Shown here piece by piece: positions 12,025 to 22,983 of a stretch of DNA of 64,000 bases; position 1 is the stretch's first letter; each line of letters starts with the position of its first letter. This DNA comes from Pseudomonadota bacterium (GTDB lineage Bacteria; Desulfobacterota; Binatia; UBA9968), in NCBI GenBank assembly GCA_021324155.1, contig JAJPJQ010000022.1:30450-94449 (forward strand), in the 5' to 3' direction. The notes beneath the pieces are model-generated. The model was not told where the DNA came from. It made no database searches and saw nothing but the letters and a program-made list of their open reading frames with translations. The translations under genes and the position numbers were made by a program.

Positions 12025-13491
12025 ATGGCTTTAGAGATCCGACAGGTACAACGGCTCGCGCAGCAGCTGGTGATGACGCCGCAGCTGCAGCAGGCAATCA
12101 AGCTGCTGCAACTCTCGCGCATCGAGCTCGAGGAGATGATCTCGCAAGAGCTTCAGGAAAACCCGACGCTCGAGGAAAGCCCCGCCGGCGAGCCTGACAA
12201 CCAACCGCTCAAGCCGGAGGAAGAGCTGCCGGAGCGCGCCGAGGCCCCGGAGCCGGCGCGCGAGCTCACGGCCGCCGACCGCATCGGCACGATGGATTGG
12301 CAGGACTATCTCGACACGCATTCCAATTCGCTGCACGGCTCGCTCACCGCCGAGGCCGGCGGCGATGACGACGAGGGGCCGCCTTCCTGGGAAAACACAC
12401 TGACGAAGAAAACCTCGCTCGAAGATCATCTTATATGGCAGCTCCGCATGTCGCGCCTGAATGAGAAAGAAGAGCAGATCGGCCAGTACATCATCGGCAA
12501 TCTGTCCGAGAACGGCTATCTCGCTCTGCCGCTCGAAGAGGTATGCCAGACGACGGGCGGTACGCCGGAAGAAGCGGAGGCGGTGCTCAAGAAAATCCAG
12601 TTCTTCGATCCGCCGGGGGTCGCCGCGCGCGACCTGCGCGAATGCCTCCTCGTGCAGCTCGAAAACCTGGGCCTCGCCGACGGCCTTGCCGCGCGCATCG
12701 TTTCCGACCACCTGCCGCAGCTCGAAAGCAGGCGCTTCGAGAAACTCGCGCGTGAGCTGGGCGTGACGATCGACGATATCATCGTCGCCTCGCAGGTCAT
12801 CGCCTCGCTCGAGCCCCGGCCGTCGCGCAATTACGACGAAGAGGAGATCCGGACGATCCTGCCGGACGTGTCGGTCCAGAATATCGAAGGCGAGTGGAAG
12901 ATATTCCTCAACGACGAGGGACTGCCGCGGCTGCGCGTGAGCTCTTACTACCGCAAACTCGCGGGCCAGCAGGGACTCGAGGAGGAGCGCGCGCGGCAAT
13001 ATTTGCAGGAAAAAGTGCGTGCCGCCACCTGGCTCATCAAGAGCATCCAGCAGCGCCAGCAGACGCTTTATCGAGTCACCGAAAGCATTTTCAAATTTCA
13101 ACGCGAGTTCCTGGAAACGGGCGTGAGCCAGCTACACCCCATGGTGCTGAAGGACGTGGCGGAGGACATCGGCATGCACGAGTCGACCGTCAGCCGCGCC
13201 ACGGCGAATAAATACGTCAACACCCCGCACGGTCTTTTCGAGCTAAAATATTTTTTTCAGAGCGGGCTGCGCTCCGGAAACGGCGAGGACGTCGCCGCAG
13301 AAAGCGTCAAGGACAAGATCCGCAGCATCATTTCCGCCGAAGACCCGCGCAAGCCGTACAGCGATCAGCACATTGCGCAGATGCTGACGGCCGATTCGAT
13401 CGGTATCGCGCGCCGGACCGTCGCCAAATACCGCGAGGCGATGGGCATCCTGCCGTCGTCGCGGCGGCGCCAGCCCTATCTCAGAAAATAG
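12025..13491 (+). CDS. rpoN: RNA polymerase sigma-54 factor
   Basis: Region I LQLSRIELEEMI, an acidic region II, and the RpoN box ARRTVAKYRE near the C-terminus. Confidence 0.97.
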   Translation: MALEIRQVQRLAQQLVMTPQLQQAIKLLQLSRIELEEMISQELQENPTLEESPAGEPDNQPLKPEEELPERAEAPEPARELTAADRIGTMDWQDYLDTHSNSLHGSLTAEAGGDDDEGPPSWENTLTKKTSLEDHLIWQLRMSRLNEKEEQIGQYIIGNLSENGYLALPLEEVCQTTGGTPEEAEAVLKKIQFFDPPGVAARDLRECLLVQLENLGLADGLAARIVSDHLPQLESRRFEKLARELGVTIDDIIVASQVIASLEPRPSRNYDEEEIRTILPDVSVQNIEGEWKIFLNDEGLPRLRVSSYYRKLAGQQGLEEERARQYLQEKVRAATWLIKSIQQRQQTLYRVTESIFKFQREFLETGVSQLHPMVLKDVAEDIGMHESTVSRATANKYVNTPHGLFELKYFFQSGLRSGNGEDVAAESVKDKIRSIISAEDPRKPYSDQHIAQMLTADSIGIARRTVAKYREAMGILPSSRRRQPYLRK

Positions 13492-13507
13492 CCGGCGTGC
13501 GACGCTC

Positions 13508-13825
13508 ATGACCGACGTCAAGGTTTCCGTTACCTTCCGCCATACCGAGCCGACCGAGGCGCTGAAGCATTACGCCGAGGAAAAGATCCACAAGGTCGGC
13601 AAGTATTTCAGCCGTCCGCTCGAAGCACATGTCGTTCTCGCCGTCGACTCGCGCGAGCGGCAGGTCGCGGAGGTCACCATGCAGGCGCGCGGCGTGACGC
13701 TGCACGGACGCGAAGAGACGACCGATCTCTATGCGGCGATCGATCTCCTAGTCGATAAAATCGAGCAGCAGATCCGCAAGCAAAAACCCAAATCGAGACT
13801 CAAACGCAGAAAGGCGAAACGTTGA
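13508..13825 (+). CDS. hpf: ribosome hibernation promoting factor (short HPF/YfiA type)
   Basis: 105 aa with FRHTEPTEALKHYAEEK. Canonical position after rpoN. Confidence 0.88.
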   Translation: MTDVKVSVTFRHTEPTEALKHYAEEKIHKVGKYFSRPLEAHVVLAVDSRERQVAEVTMQARGVTLHGREETTDLYAAIDLLVDKIEQQIRKQKPKSRLKRRKAKR

Positions 13826-14283
13826 AGCTCACCGACTTCCTCGATGCGAGCAGGATCATTCCCGATCTCGAGCAAAAGGAAAAACGCGCGGTGCTCAAGG
13901 AGCTCGCCGAGCGCTTCGCCGCGGTCGATCATTCGCTGAATTCGCAAAGGTTGTTTGAAACCCTGCTCGAGCGGGAGCAGATCAGCAGCACCGCGATCGG
14001 CGAAGGCGTCGCCATCCCCCACGGCAAAATGATCGGGGCGAGAAAGCTCACCGGCATCTTCGCGCGCAGCGTCCGGGGGGCCGACTTCGAGTCGCTCGAC
14101 GGCGGCTTGACGCACCTCTTTTTCGTCCTGCTCGCGCCCGAGGACTCGGCCGCGGATCATTTAAAAGCGCTCGCGCGCATCTCGCGCCTGCTCAAAGACG
14201 GCACGTTTCGCGCGCGGCTCATGCAAGGCAGGACGGCGGAGGATATCTTCAAGGTCATTAAAGAGGAAGACGACAAATTTTAG
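13822..14283 (+). CDS. ptsN: PTS-Ntr EIIA component
   Basis: TTG start overlapping the hpf stop. EIIA-2 fold with GVAIPHGK (phosphorylatable His). Confidence 0.88.
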   Translation: MKLTDFLDASRIIPDLEQKEKRAVLKELAERFAAVDHSLNSQRLFETLLEREQISSTAIGEGVAIPHGKMIGARKLTGIFARSVRGADFESLDGGLTHLFFVLLAPEDSAADHLKALARISRLLKDGTFRARLMQGRTAEDIFKVIKEEDDKF

Positions 14284-14370
14284 CGGGAAGCTGCCGGCGA
14301 TCAGCCAATCGGAGCCCTGAGCGCTGCGATTTTTTCGACAAAGAGCTGACTGAGCGCCGACCGTTTCTAT

Positions 14371-15237
14371 ATGTCTGAACGACTCGACATCGTCGTGGTG
14401 ACGGGACTTGCGGGCTCGGGGAAGAGCGTGACCATCCGTGCGCTCGAGGACCGGGGCTTCTTTTGCATCGACAACCTGCCGGTCCGCCTCATCCCGCAGT
14501 TCGTGGAGCTTTGCGAGGACTCCGGCGAGGGCATCGCGCGCATCGCTCTCGGCGTCGACCTCCGCGCGAGCCAGTTTCTCAAATCCTGGCCCGACGTGCT
14601 TACGAGTCTCCGGCGCGACGGACATCATGTGGAGGTTCTTTTTATCGACGCGTCCGACGACGTGCTGCTCAGGCGCTTCAGCGAGACGCGCCGGCCGCAC
14701 CCGCTTGCCGGCAATATTTCCGTGCAGGAGGCGATCGCCCGCGAGCGCAAGGCGCTCGAAGAAATGCGCGCGTTGGCCGACAAGGTGATCGATACGAGCC
14801 AGCTGAACGTGCACGAGCTGAAACGCGAGATCGACGAGCAGTTCAGCCAGACCGCGGATACGCGCCGGATGAATCTGTTTCTCACGTCGTTCGGATACAA
14901 GTATGGCAATCCTCCCGACGCCGACATCATCATGGACGTCCGCTTCCTGCCCAACCCGTTCTTCGTCCACGAGCTGAGAGACAAGAAAGGGATCGACCCG
15001 GACGTGGAGGAATTCGTCCTCCGACGCGAGGAGACGAACGGCTTTCTCGAGCGGCTATACGCGCTGCTGGAGTTCGCGCTGCCCTATTACGTCCAGGAAG
15101 GAAAAAGCAGCTTGACGGTCGCGCTCGGCTGCACCGGGGGGCGCCACCGTTCCGTCGTGCTGGTGGAAGAGATGAAGCGCCGGCTCGCCTCGAAGCCGTT
15201 CCGCATTCACGTGAAGCACCGCGACATGGACAAGTGA
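14371..15237 (+). CDS. rapZ: RNase adapter protein RapZ (YhbJ)
   Basis: VVVTGLAGSGKS P-loop, IDNLP, and C-terminal GCTGGRHRSV motif. Confidence 0.93.
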   Translation: MSERLDIVVVTGLAGSGKSVTIRALEDRGFFCIDNLPVRLIPQFVELCEDSGEGIARIALGVDLRASQFLKSWPDVLTSLRRDGHHVEVLFIDASDDVLLRRFSETRRPHPLAGNISVQEAIARERKALEEMRALADKVIDTSQLNVHELKREIDEQFSQTADTRRMNLFLTSFGYKYGNPPDADIIMDVRFLPNPFFVHELRDKKGIDPDVEEFVLRREETNGFLERLYALLEFALPYYVQEGKSSLTVALGCTGGRHRSVVLVEEMKRRLASKPFRIHVKHRDMDK

Positions 15238-15238
15238 C

Positions 15239-15514
15239 GTGGACAGCGTGAGCAAAAACCTCGAGATCAAGAATAAGCTCGGACTCCATGCCCGCGCCGC
15301 GGCGCTGCTCGTCCAGACGATCGCCAAATTCGACGCCGAAGTCATGATCGCCAAGGACGGGCAGACCGTCGACGGCCGGAGCATCATGGGCGTGCTCACG
15401 CTCGCCGCGACCCAAGGCAGCACCATTCAGGTCGAAGCCCGCGGCCGGGAGGCGGAAACCGCCCTCGCCGCCGTCGAAAAGCTCATCGACAACAAGTTCT
15501 TCGAAAACGAGTGA
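15239..15514 (+). CDS. ptsO: HPr-family phosphocarrier protein (NPr by context)
   Basis: GLHARAAA active-site His motif. 91 aa, GTG start. Position after rapZ, as in the enterobacterial rpoN operon. Confidence 0.85.
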   Translation: MDSVSKNLEIKNKLGLHARAAALLVQTIAKFDAEVMIAKDGQTVDGRSIMGVLTLAATQGSTIQVEARGREAETALAAVEKLIDNKFFENE

Positions 15515-15516
15515 TC

Positions 15517-15545
15517 TTGATTCCCCGCCCCTTCTTGGATATAGA
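15517..15545 (+). promoter_or_regulatory. candidate sigma-70 promoter for metK (TTGATT-N17-TATAGA)
   Basis: Hexamers with a 17-nt spacer, 44 nt upstream of the metK ATG. Confidence 0.4.
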
Positions 15546-15588
15546 AATTTAATTCGGCTTTTTTCCGGAACGCCTGGAGGTACGGTAG

Positions 15589-18061
<2,473 letters not shown>

Positions 18062-18071
18062 TACGGCACCC

Positions 18072-18183
18072 CAATTTTCAATTTTAGATTAATCGGAAAC
18101 CGCAAACAAAAACCTTCGCAGGCTTTTGATTTTTCGGGTTTCGGATTTCAATCCAAAATCCGCAATCGAAAATCTAAAATCGT
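18072..18183. repeat. AT-rich 112-nt imperfect palindrome made of 16 consecutive 7-nt units
   Basis: Reads in a 7-nt register as CAATTTT CAATTTT AGATTAA TCGGAAA CCGCAAA CAAAAAC CTTCGCA GGCTTTT GATTTTT CGGGTTT CGGATTT CAATCCA AAATCCG CAATCGA AAATCTA AAATCGT. The left (NNNNAAA) and right (NNNNTTT) halves are imperfect reverse complements around the loop TTCGCA (18115-18120). Confidence 0.7.
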
Positions 18184-18245
18184 CCCGGCTTGACCACGCA
18201 CACCGACGGGACTAAACATACATAGGTCCTACCACAGGAGGTCCT

Positions 18246-18827
18246 ATGGCCGTGGCCGCCTTCGATCGCTTCATCCAATCGGCGCGCGCGCTGTTTGCGC
18301 GCGAGAAAGATCCCGCCCGCCGCTGGGAGGGCCTAGCGCCGCATTTGAGCGAGCTGTTGGCCGATCCCGAAGTCGTCGAAGCGTCGAAGCGCTGGCCCGA
18401 ATGCGCCCACAAGGAGCGCGCCGAAAATCTCCTCTTCTACGAAGACCCGGATTTCGGCTTCGTCGTCAACGGCCTCACCAAGGCGCCGCACACGCGCACA
18501 CAGATCCACGACCATGCGCACAACTGGACGCTCTACGGCGTGCTCGACGGCACCGAGACGATCATGCGCTACGAGCGCGTCGACGATAAATCGAAGCCCG
18601 AGTATGCCGAGATCCGTGGCGTGAGCAAGCTCCGCGCCGGGCCCGGCGAGGTCGACCTCGTGCGGCCGTGGGAGATCCACGCCGAGGCGAGCGGCGAGGA
18701 GCGCACCGTCGCGATCATCGTGCGCGCCGAGAAAGCCGGCGGCTTCCTCCAGGGACGCTACGATCCGGTCAACAAGCGATACTGGCAGGGCTACGGGCCG
18801 ATCCAAGTCCCCTACGAATTCAAATGA
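18246..18827 (+). CDS. cupin-fold metalloprotein (cysteine-dioxygenase-like / COG5553-like)
   Basis: 193 aa with QIHDHAHNWTLYGVLDG ... EIH, consistent with a His-rich cupin metal site. GGAGG RBS upstream. Confidence 0.6.
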   Translation: MAVAAFDRFIQSARALFAREKDPARRWEGLAPHLSELLADPEVVEASKRWPECAHKERAENLLFYEDPDFGFVVNGLTKAPHTRTQIHDHAHNWTLYGVLDGTETIMRYERVDDKSKPEYAEIRGVSKLRAGPGEVDLVRPWEIHAEASGEERTVAIIVRAEKAGGFLQGRYDPVNKRYWQGYGPIQVPYEFK

Positions 18828-19693
18828 GCGAGAAGCGCGCGTACAGCGAAGAGGACGTCGGCAACATCGTCCTGCTCGAGCACCTAAACGTCCAGGTGTC
18901 CGATCAACCGCAGGCGATTCTCTTCTACATCGTCGGCCTCGGTCTCACGCGCGATCCCTATCTCACCGTCGGCCTCGACAACATGTGGGTCAACGTCGGC
19001 GAGCAGCAGTTTCACCTGCCGACGCGCGGCGCGCAGCGCTTCGCCGGCCACGCCGGGCTCGTCGTGCCCGATCCGGAGCATCTCGAACAGCGGCTCGAAT
19101 CCATCGAACCGCGCCTCAAGGGCACGCAATTCAACTGGTCGCGCGAGCGCGATCACATCGCCGCGACCTGCCCGTGGGGCAATAACTTCCGCTGCTACGC
19201 GCCGAGCGAGAAATACGGCGACATGGCGCTCGGGATTCCGTACATCGAATTTCTCGTCAAGCGCGGCGCAGCCGACGGCATCGGAAATTTCTATCGCGAA
19301 ATCTTCCGCGCGCCGGCTTCCGTCGAGAAAGACGGCGGCTTATCCGCGGCGCGCGTCGCGATCGGCCGCAACCAGGAATTAATCTTCCGCGAGACCAACG
19401 ATGCGATTCCGGCCTACGACGGGCATCACGTCGCGGTCTACGTCACCAACTTCTCCGGCCCGTACGATTTTCTCAACCGCCGCGGCCTCGTGACCGAGGA
19501 CGTGCGCGGCCACCAGTTCCGCTACCAGAAAATCGTCGACCCCGAGAGCGGCGCGACGCTCCACGAGCTCGAGCACGAAGTGCGCAGCTTCCGCCACCCG
19601 CTCTACCGGCGCAATTTCGTCAATCGAAATCCCGAGCAGACGCAGAGAAGCTATCACAGAGGGCGGGACTCGATCACACCCTTCGAAAAATAA
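18824..19693 (+). CDS. VOC/glyoxalase-like domain protein
   Basis: The start ATG at 18824 overlaps the cupin stop (ATGA). The N-terminal LLEHLNVQVSDQPQAILFYIVGLGL resembles a VOC beta-alpha-beta-beta-beta module. Confidence 0.5.
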   Translation: MSEKRAYSEEDVGNIVLLEHLNVQVSDQPQAILFYIVGLGLTRDPYLTVGLDNMWVNVGEQQFHLPTRGAQRFAGHAGLVVPDPEHLEQRLESIEPRLKGTQFNWSRERDHIAATCPWGNNFRCYAPSEKYGDMALGIPYIEFLVKRGAADGIGNFYREIFRAPASVEKDGGLSAARVAIGRNQELIFRETNDAIPAYDGHHVAVYVTNFSGPYDFLNRRGLVTEDVRGHQFRYQKIVDPESGATLHELEHEVRSFRHPLYRRNFVNRNPEQTQRSYHRGRDSITPFEK

Positions 19694-19724
19694 TCCTCAC
19701 GTTCTGTCAGCATCGGAGTCTAAT

Positions 19725-20090
19725 ATGCGCGTGAGAGACTTCGCAATTTTTCTACTAAGTGTAGCTTTTAGTTCCAGCGCCGTTCTTTTCGCGCAGAATT
19801 ACAGCCAGCGCACGCTTGAGCCGCCGCCGATCGCGAAAGCCGATCCGGCATCGGTTGAAATATTGACTGTTTGGGCTGCCCCTGGGAAAGCTCAGCAATT
19901 CACAATTAAGACAACCTACAAGGATCCGGCTGCATGGGGCTTACTTTTGGTCGATATCGCGCGCCATGTATCTCGCGCCTATGCTGCGCAGGGCCAAGAG
20001 GAAAAAAGCACACTGGACAGAATCCGGACTGCATTTGAAGCTGAATGGTCACATCCCACTGACAGTCCAAAGACCATCGAAGTTCGCTAG
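19725..20090 (+). CDS. small secreted protein, low-GC (C-terminal part resembles DUF5076-type proteins)
   Basis: Signal peptide FAIFLLSVAFSSSAVLFAQ. WGLLLVDIARHVSRAYA segment. Composition is visibly more AT-rich than the flanking genes. Confidence 0.5.
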   Translation: MRVRDFAIFLLSVAFSSSAVLFAQNYSQRTLEPPPIAKADPASVEILTVWAAPGKAQQFTIKTTYKDPAAWGLLLVDIARHVSRAYAAQGQEEKSTLDRIRTAFEAEWSHPTDSPKTIEVR

Positions 20091-20101
20091 TTGCCGCACA
20101 T

Positions 20102-20560
20102 CTACGTCATTTTTCGCAGATACTCCGCGATCAGCCTCTCTCCCCTTCTCATCGTCCATTCATGATTCCATCGAAACAACGGCTTCAGCAGCGGCGATAA
20201 GAATTTCACGACCGGCTTTTCGACGCGCGGGTTCCACTCGAGCGTCACCGCCGTGCCTTCGCCGCGCGGCTCCAGCACCCAGCGCGAGAGATTGGTCACG
20301 AAATCGCCCGAGGCGCGGAACGCGATCAGGCGCGGCGGCTCCTGCATGACCGATTCGATCGTGAAGCGGAGCTTGTAGGGCAGGCGGCCGCGCGCGACGA
20401 CCGCGACGCGCCTACTATCGCCGTCGAGCGGCGTCGCGCTCAGATATACGCCGCGCCACCAGCGCGGGTATTCCTCCGGGCGCGCGAGGACGTCGAAGAC
20501 CCGTTCCATCGGGAACGGCACGTACCAGCGATCTTCGAAGTGGTAGGCGTTCGCGGCCAT
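20102..20560 (-). CDS. SRPBCC (polyketide cyclase/dehydrase-like) family protein
   Basis: 152 aa. The pattern FEDRWYVPFPMERVFDVLARPEEYPRWW is typical of SRPBCC/START-like ligand-binding proteins. Confidence 0.7.
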   Translation of the reverse strand: MAANAYHFEDRWYVPFPMERVFDVLARPEEYPRWWRGVYLSATPLDGDSRRVAVVARGRLPYKLRFTIESVMQEPPRLIAFRASGDFVTNLSRWVLEPRGEGTAVTLEWNPRVEKPVVKFLSPLLKPLFRWNHEWTMRRGERLIAEYLRKMT

Positions 20561-20567
20561 GCGGACT

Positions 20568-21017
20568 CTACGCGCGTCCGGCTTTGACGCGATTCTCGCA
20601 GTAGATCTTCAAACTCGCGATCGTGCGGTCGATAAGCTCGATCAGCCGCTTCTCGAAGAGCGGCGTAAGTAATCGCCCGAGCCGGTTGGGCTGATCGCTC
20701 AGGTCGTACCAGATCGTCGTCGTCGGCCCCGACATCGCGAAGCTGTAAACTTCGAGGCCCTCGCCGAAGATGCTGCGGTTCGCGATCTGGAGCGCCTTGC
20801 CGCGAATCGATTCGGTGAGCGTTAATTGGAAATCGACATGCAGCGGGCCGGCGTGCCAGCGCCACGTCGCCTTCGCGCCTTCGCGCGGCCAGTCGGACGA
20901 GACGAACGGATAATCGTCGAAGCCCGGCGCCCACTCGCGCGCGCCGCGCAAATTCGTGATCACGTCCCAAACCAGATCCGCGGGAGCCTCGATCGAGATG
21001 CGGCGGCGGATTCGCAT
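20568..21017 (-). CDS. SRPBCC family protein (second, tandem)
   Basis: I chose the start at MRIRRRISIEAPADLVWDVITNLRGAREWAP (149 aa). The longer upstream ORF extension overlaps hemW and is Arg/Gly-rich noise. Confidence 0.7.
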   Translation of the reverse strand: MRIRRRISIEAPADLVWDVITNLRGAREWAPGFDDYPFVSSDWPREGAKATWRWHAGPLHVDFQLTLTESIRGKALQIANRSIFGEGLEVYSFAMSGPTTTIWYDLSDQPNRLGRLLTPLFEKRLIELIDRTIASLKIYCENRVKAGRA

Positions 21018-21019
21018 AT

Positions 21020-22186
21020 TCAGACGAACGCGAGGAAAATCTCGTCCGCGACCATGAAGCCGCGGCGGCCGAGCCGCAGCCGCCCGCTGTCCGATTCCAT
21101 CAGTCCGGCCTCCACCCATGCATCGATCTGCGGATAGATCTCGGCGGGTTTTTTCCCGAAGCGGCGAGCGAAGTCGTTGGTCGAGATGCCGCGCGTCGTG
21201 CGCAGCCCCATGAACATGAACTCGGCCGCCGCTTTCGCGGCGTCGAGATTTTCGTATTCCATCGAGGCGGTGCCGTCGCGCGCGACGCGCTCCATATAGC
21301 GGATGGGATTTTTTTCTTCGCGCCAGCGGCGGCCAAAGGCGCCGTCGGCCGCAAGGAAAGAGTGCGCGCCCGCGCCGATGCCCAGATAATCGCCGCCTTC
21401 CCAATACACGCGGTTGTGTCTGGATTCCTTACCCGGCCGGGCATAATTGGATATTTCGTAGCGCTGGAGTCCGCCGCCCGCCAGCGCTTCCTCGATCGTC
21501 GCGGCCATCGCGATCTCGAGCTCTTCCGGCGCGGGCGCAATCCTCCCGCGCTTAAGCCGGTAGTAAAATTCCGTCCTCTCCTCGAAGGTTAAATTGTAAG
21601 CCGAGACGTGCGGCGGCGAGAAATCCAGCGCCGCGGCGAGATCGCCGCGCAGGTCCTCGAGCGTCTGCGCCGGGATTCCATAGATCAGGTCGAGGCTGAA
21701 GTTGTCGAACTCGCGCCGGATCGTCTCCAGCGCGGCGCGCGTATCGTCGGCCGAGTGGCGCCGGCCGAGGCAACTAAGCAGATGCGGCTGAAACGACTGC
21801 GCGCCCAAGCTCAAGCGGTTGACGCCCGCGGCGCGGTAGCCGGCGAAATACCGCCGGTCTTCCGGATTCGCCTCCAGCGTGATCTCGATGTCGGAGGTGA
21901 ACGGAAACAGTTCCGCGGCGCGCTCGATCATCGCGCCGATGGCCTGCGGCGCGAACAAGGACGGCGTTCCGCCGCCGAAAAAGAGTGATCTCAGACTTCT
22001 TCCGCGCCAGCCCTCGGCATCGGCGTAATGACCGAGCTCGCGCACAATCGCACTCGTATATTCGCGCTCGGGCAAGGCTCTGACGACACGGACATTGAAG
22101 TCGCAGTACGGGCACTTGAGGGCGCAATAAGGAATGTGGAGGTAAAGCGAGAACGGCGCGACCAACGCCATGATTTTATTTACCAC
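21020..22186 (-). CDS. hemW: radical SAM heme chaperone HemW (HemN-like, oxygen-independent coproporphyrinogen oxidase family)
   Basis: LYLHIPYCALKCPYCDF CxxxCxxC cluster motif, a HemN_C-like C-terminus, about 380 aa. Confidence 0.88.
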   Translation of the reverse strand: MVNKIMALVAPFSLYLHIPYCALKCPYCDFNVRVVRALPEREYTSAIVRELGHYADAEGWRGRSLRSLFFGGGTPSLFAPQAIGAMIERAAELFPFTSDIEITLEANPEDRRYFAGYRAAGVNRLSLGAQSFQPHLLSCLGRRHSADDTRAALETIRREFDNFSLDLIYGIPAQTLEDLRGDLAAALDFSPPHVSAYNLTFEERTEFYYRLKRGRIAPAPEELEIAMAATIEEALAGGGLQRYEISNYARPGKESRHNRVYWEGGDYLGIGAGAHSFLAADGAFGRRWREEKNPIRYMERVARDGTASMEYENLDAAKAAAEFMFMGLRTTRGISTNDFARRFGKKPAEIYPQIDAWVEAGLMESDSGRLRLGRRGFMVADEIFLAFV

Positions 22187-22226
22187 AGCCAGCCAAAGGA
22201 CGCGACGGTGATTTTTCGTTTTTACG

Positions 22227-22254
22227 TTGAAAACGGAGCATAAGTTCGTATAAT
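22227..22254 (+). promoter_or_regulatory. candidate strong sigma-70 promoter (TTGAAA-N16-TATAAT) upstream of the DUF898 remnant
   Basis: Consensus -10 and near-consensus -35, followed by a GGAGA RBS and the ATG at 22278. Confidence 0.45.
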
Positions 22255-22277
22255 GCCGCCCATTTGGAGATGCTCAT

Positions 22278-22983
22278 ATGGCCCAATGGAGACTCGGCTC
22301 GGCGGCGGTCGCCGAGGTGTTCCCGCCGGAAGAAAACAGGCGCCTGTACTTCAAGGGTAGCGCAGGGTCGCTGCTCGGCATCCAACTCGTCAATATGCTG
22401 CTCATCCTATGCACCTTGGGCGTTTACCTCTTCTGGGCCAAGGTGCGAGTGCGGCGATATTTGCTGAGCGGGACGGAATTCGAGGGCGATCGCTTCGCGT
22501 ATCACGGGACCGGGAGAGAGCTGTTGATCGGCGCCTTGAAGGCCGGTCTTGTCTTCGGGCTCCCCTTTAGGGTGCTTACGAACGTGCCGGAGTTTCTCCA
22601 AGCGAGCGCCTGGGTAAAAGTCACATGCGCCATCGTGGCATACGCGATCCTTTCACTGTTTATACCATTCGCAATCGTCGGCACACGGCGTATCGACTGA
22701 GCCGCACCTCCTGGCGCGGCATTCGCTTCTCATTCCGGGGCCGGGCCTCGACGTTTTTCGGCACCTACTTCAGACCTTCACGCTCGATGATGGGTCGAAT
22801 CACTTTTGGCCGTATGAGCAGATTCGGTAGACGCAGGGCTTCTATGCCGGCGAGCAGGTCCGCTTCGAGAAAGGCGGCGAACCTCCCGAAGCGCTGCTTC
22901 TTACCGACACAAACTTTCTCGGCAGCCTGCATAAGATCGTTCCGGGCGTAAGCCGCCGCTTTCACCATCCGGAGCGGCGCGGC
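22278..22983 (+). pseudogene. YjgN/DUF898-family membrane protein, decayed (frameshifts, in-frame TAG, truncated)
   Basis: Frame 0 gives the DUF898 N-terminus and ends IVGTRRID*. The conserved continuation YRLSRTSWRGIRFSFRG is in another frame starting at 22691 (a 1-nt loss near 22689-22691). A further frame change follows, and there is a TAG at 22828-22830. Total length is well short of full-length family members as I recall them (300+ aa). Confidence 0.7.

Noticed and set aside
15515-15588. Possible SAM riboswitch upstream of metK
   Set aside because: The gap is only 74 nt and is mostly filled by a promoter-like TTGATT-N17-TATAGA and the RBS. That leaves too little room for a SAM-I/II aptamer, and I could see no conserved helices.
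18064-18080. Sigma-54 promoter-like CGGCAC-N5-TTTTCA after ahcY
   Set aside because: The -12 element lacks the essential GC dinucleotide at the GG-N10-GC spacing, so it is one critical mismatch away from the consensus.
21018-21404. Upstream extension of the SRPBCC ORF to 278 aa
   Set aside because: The extension overlaps the 3' end of hemW in another frame and is Arg/Gly-rich. The SRPBCC domain starts at MRIRRRISIE (21017).
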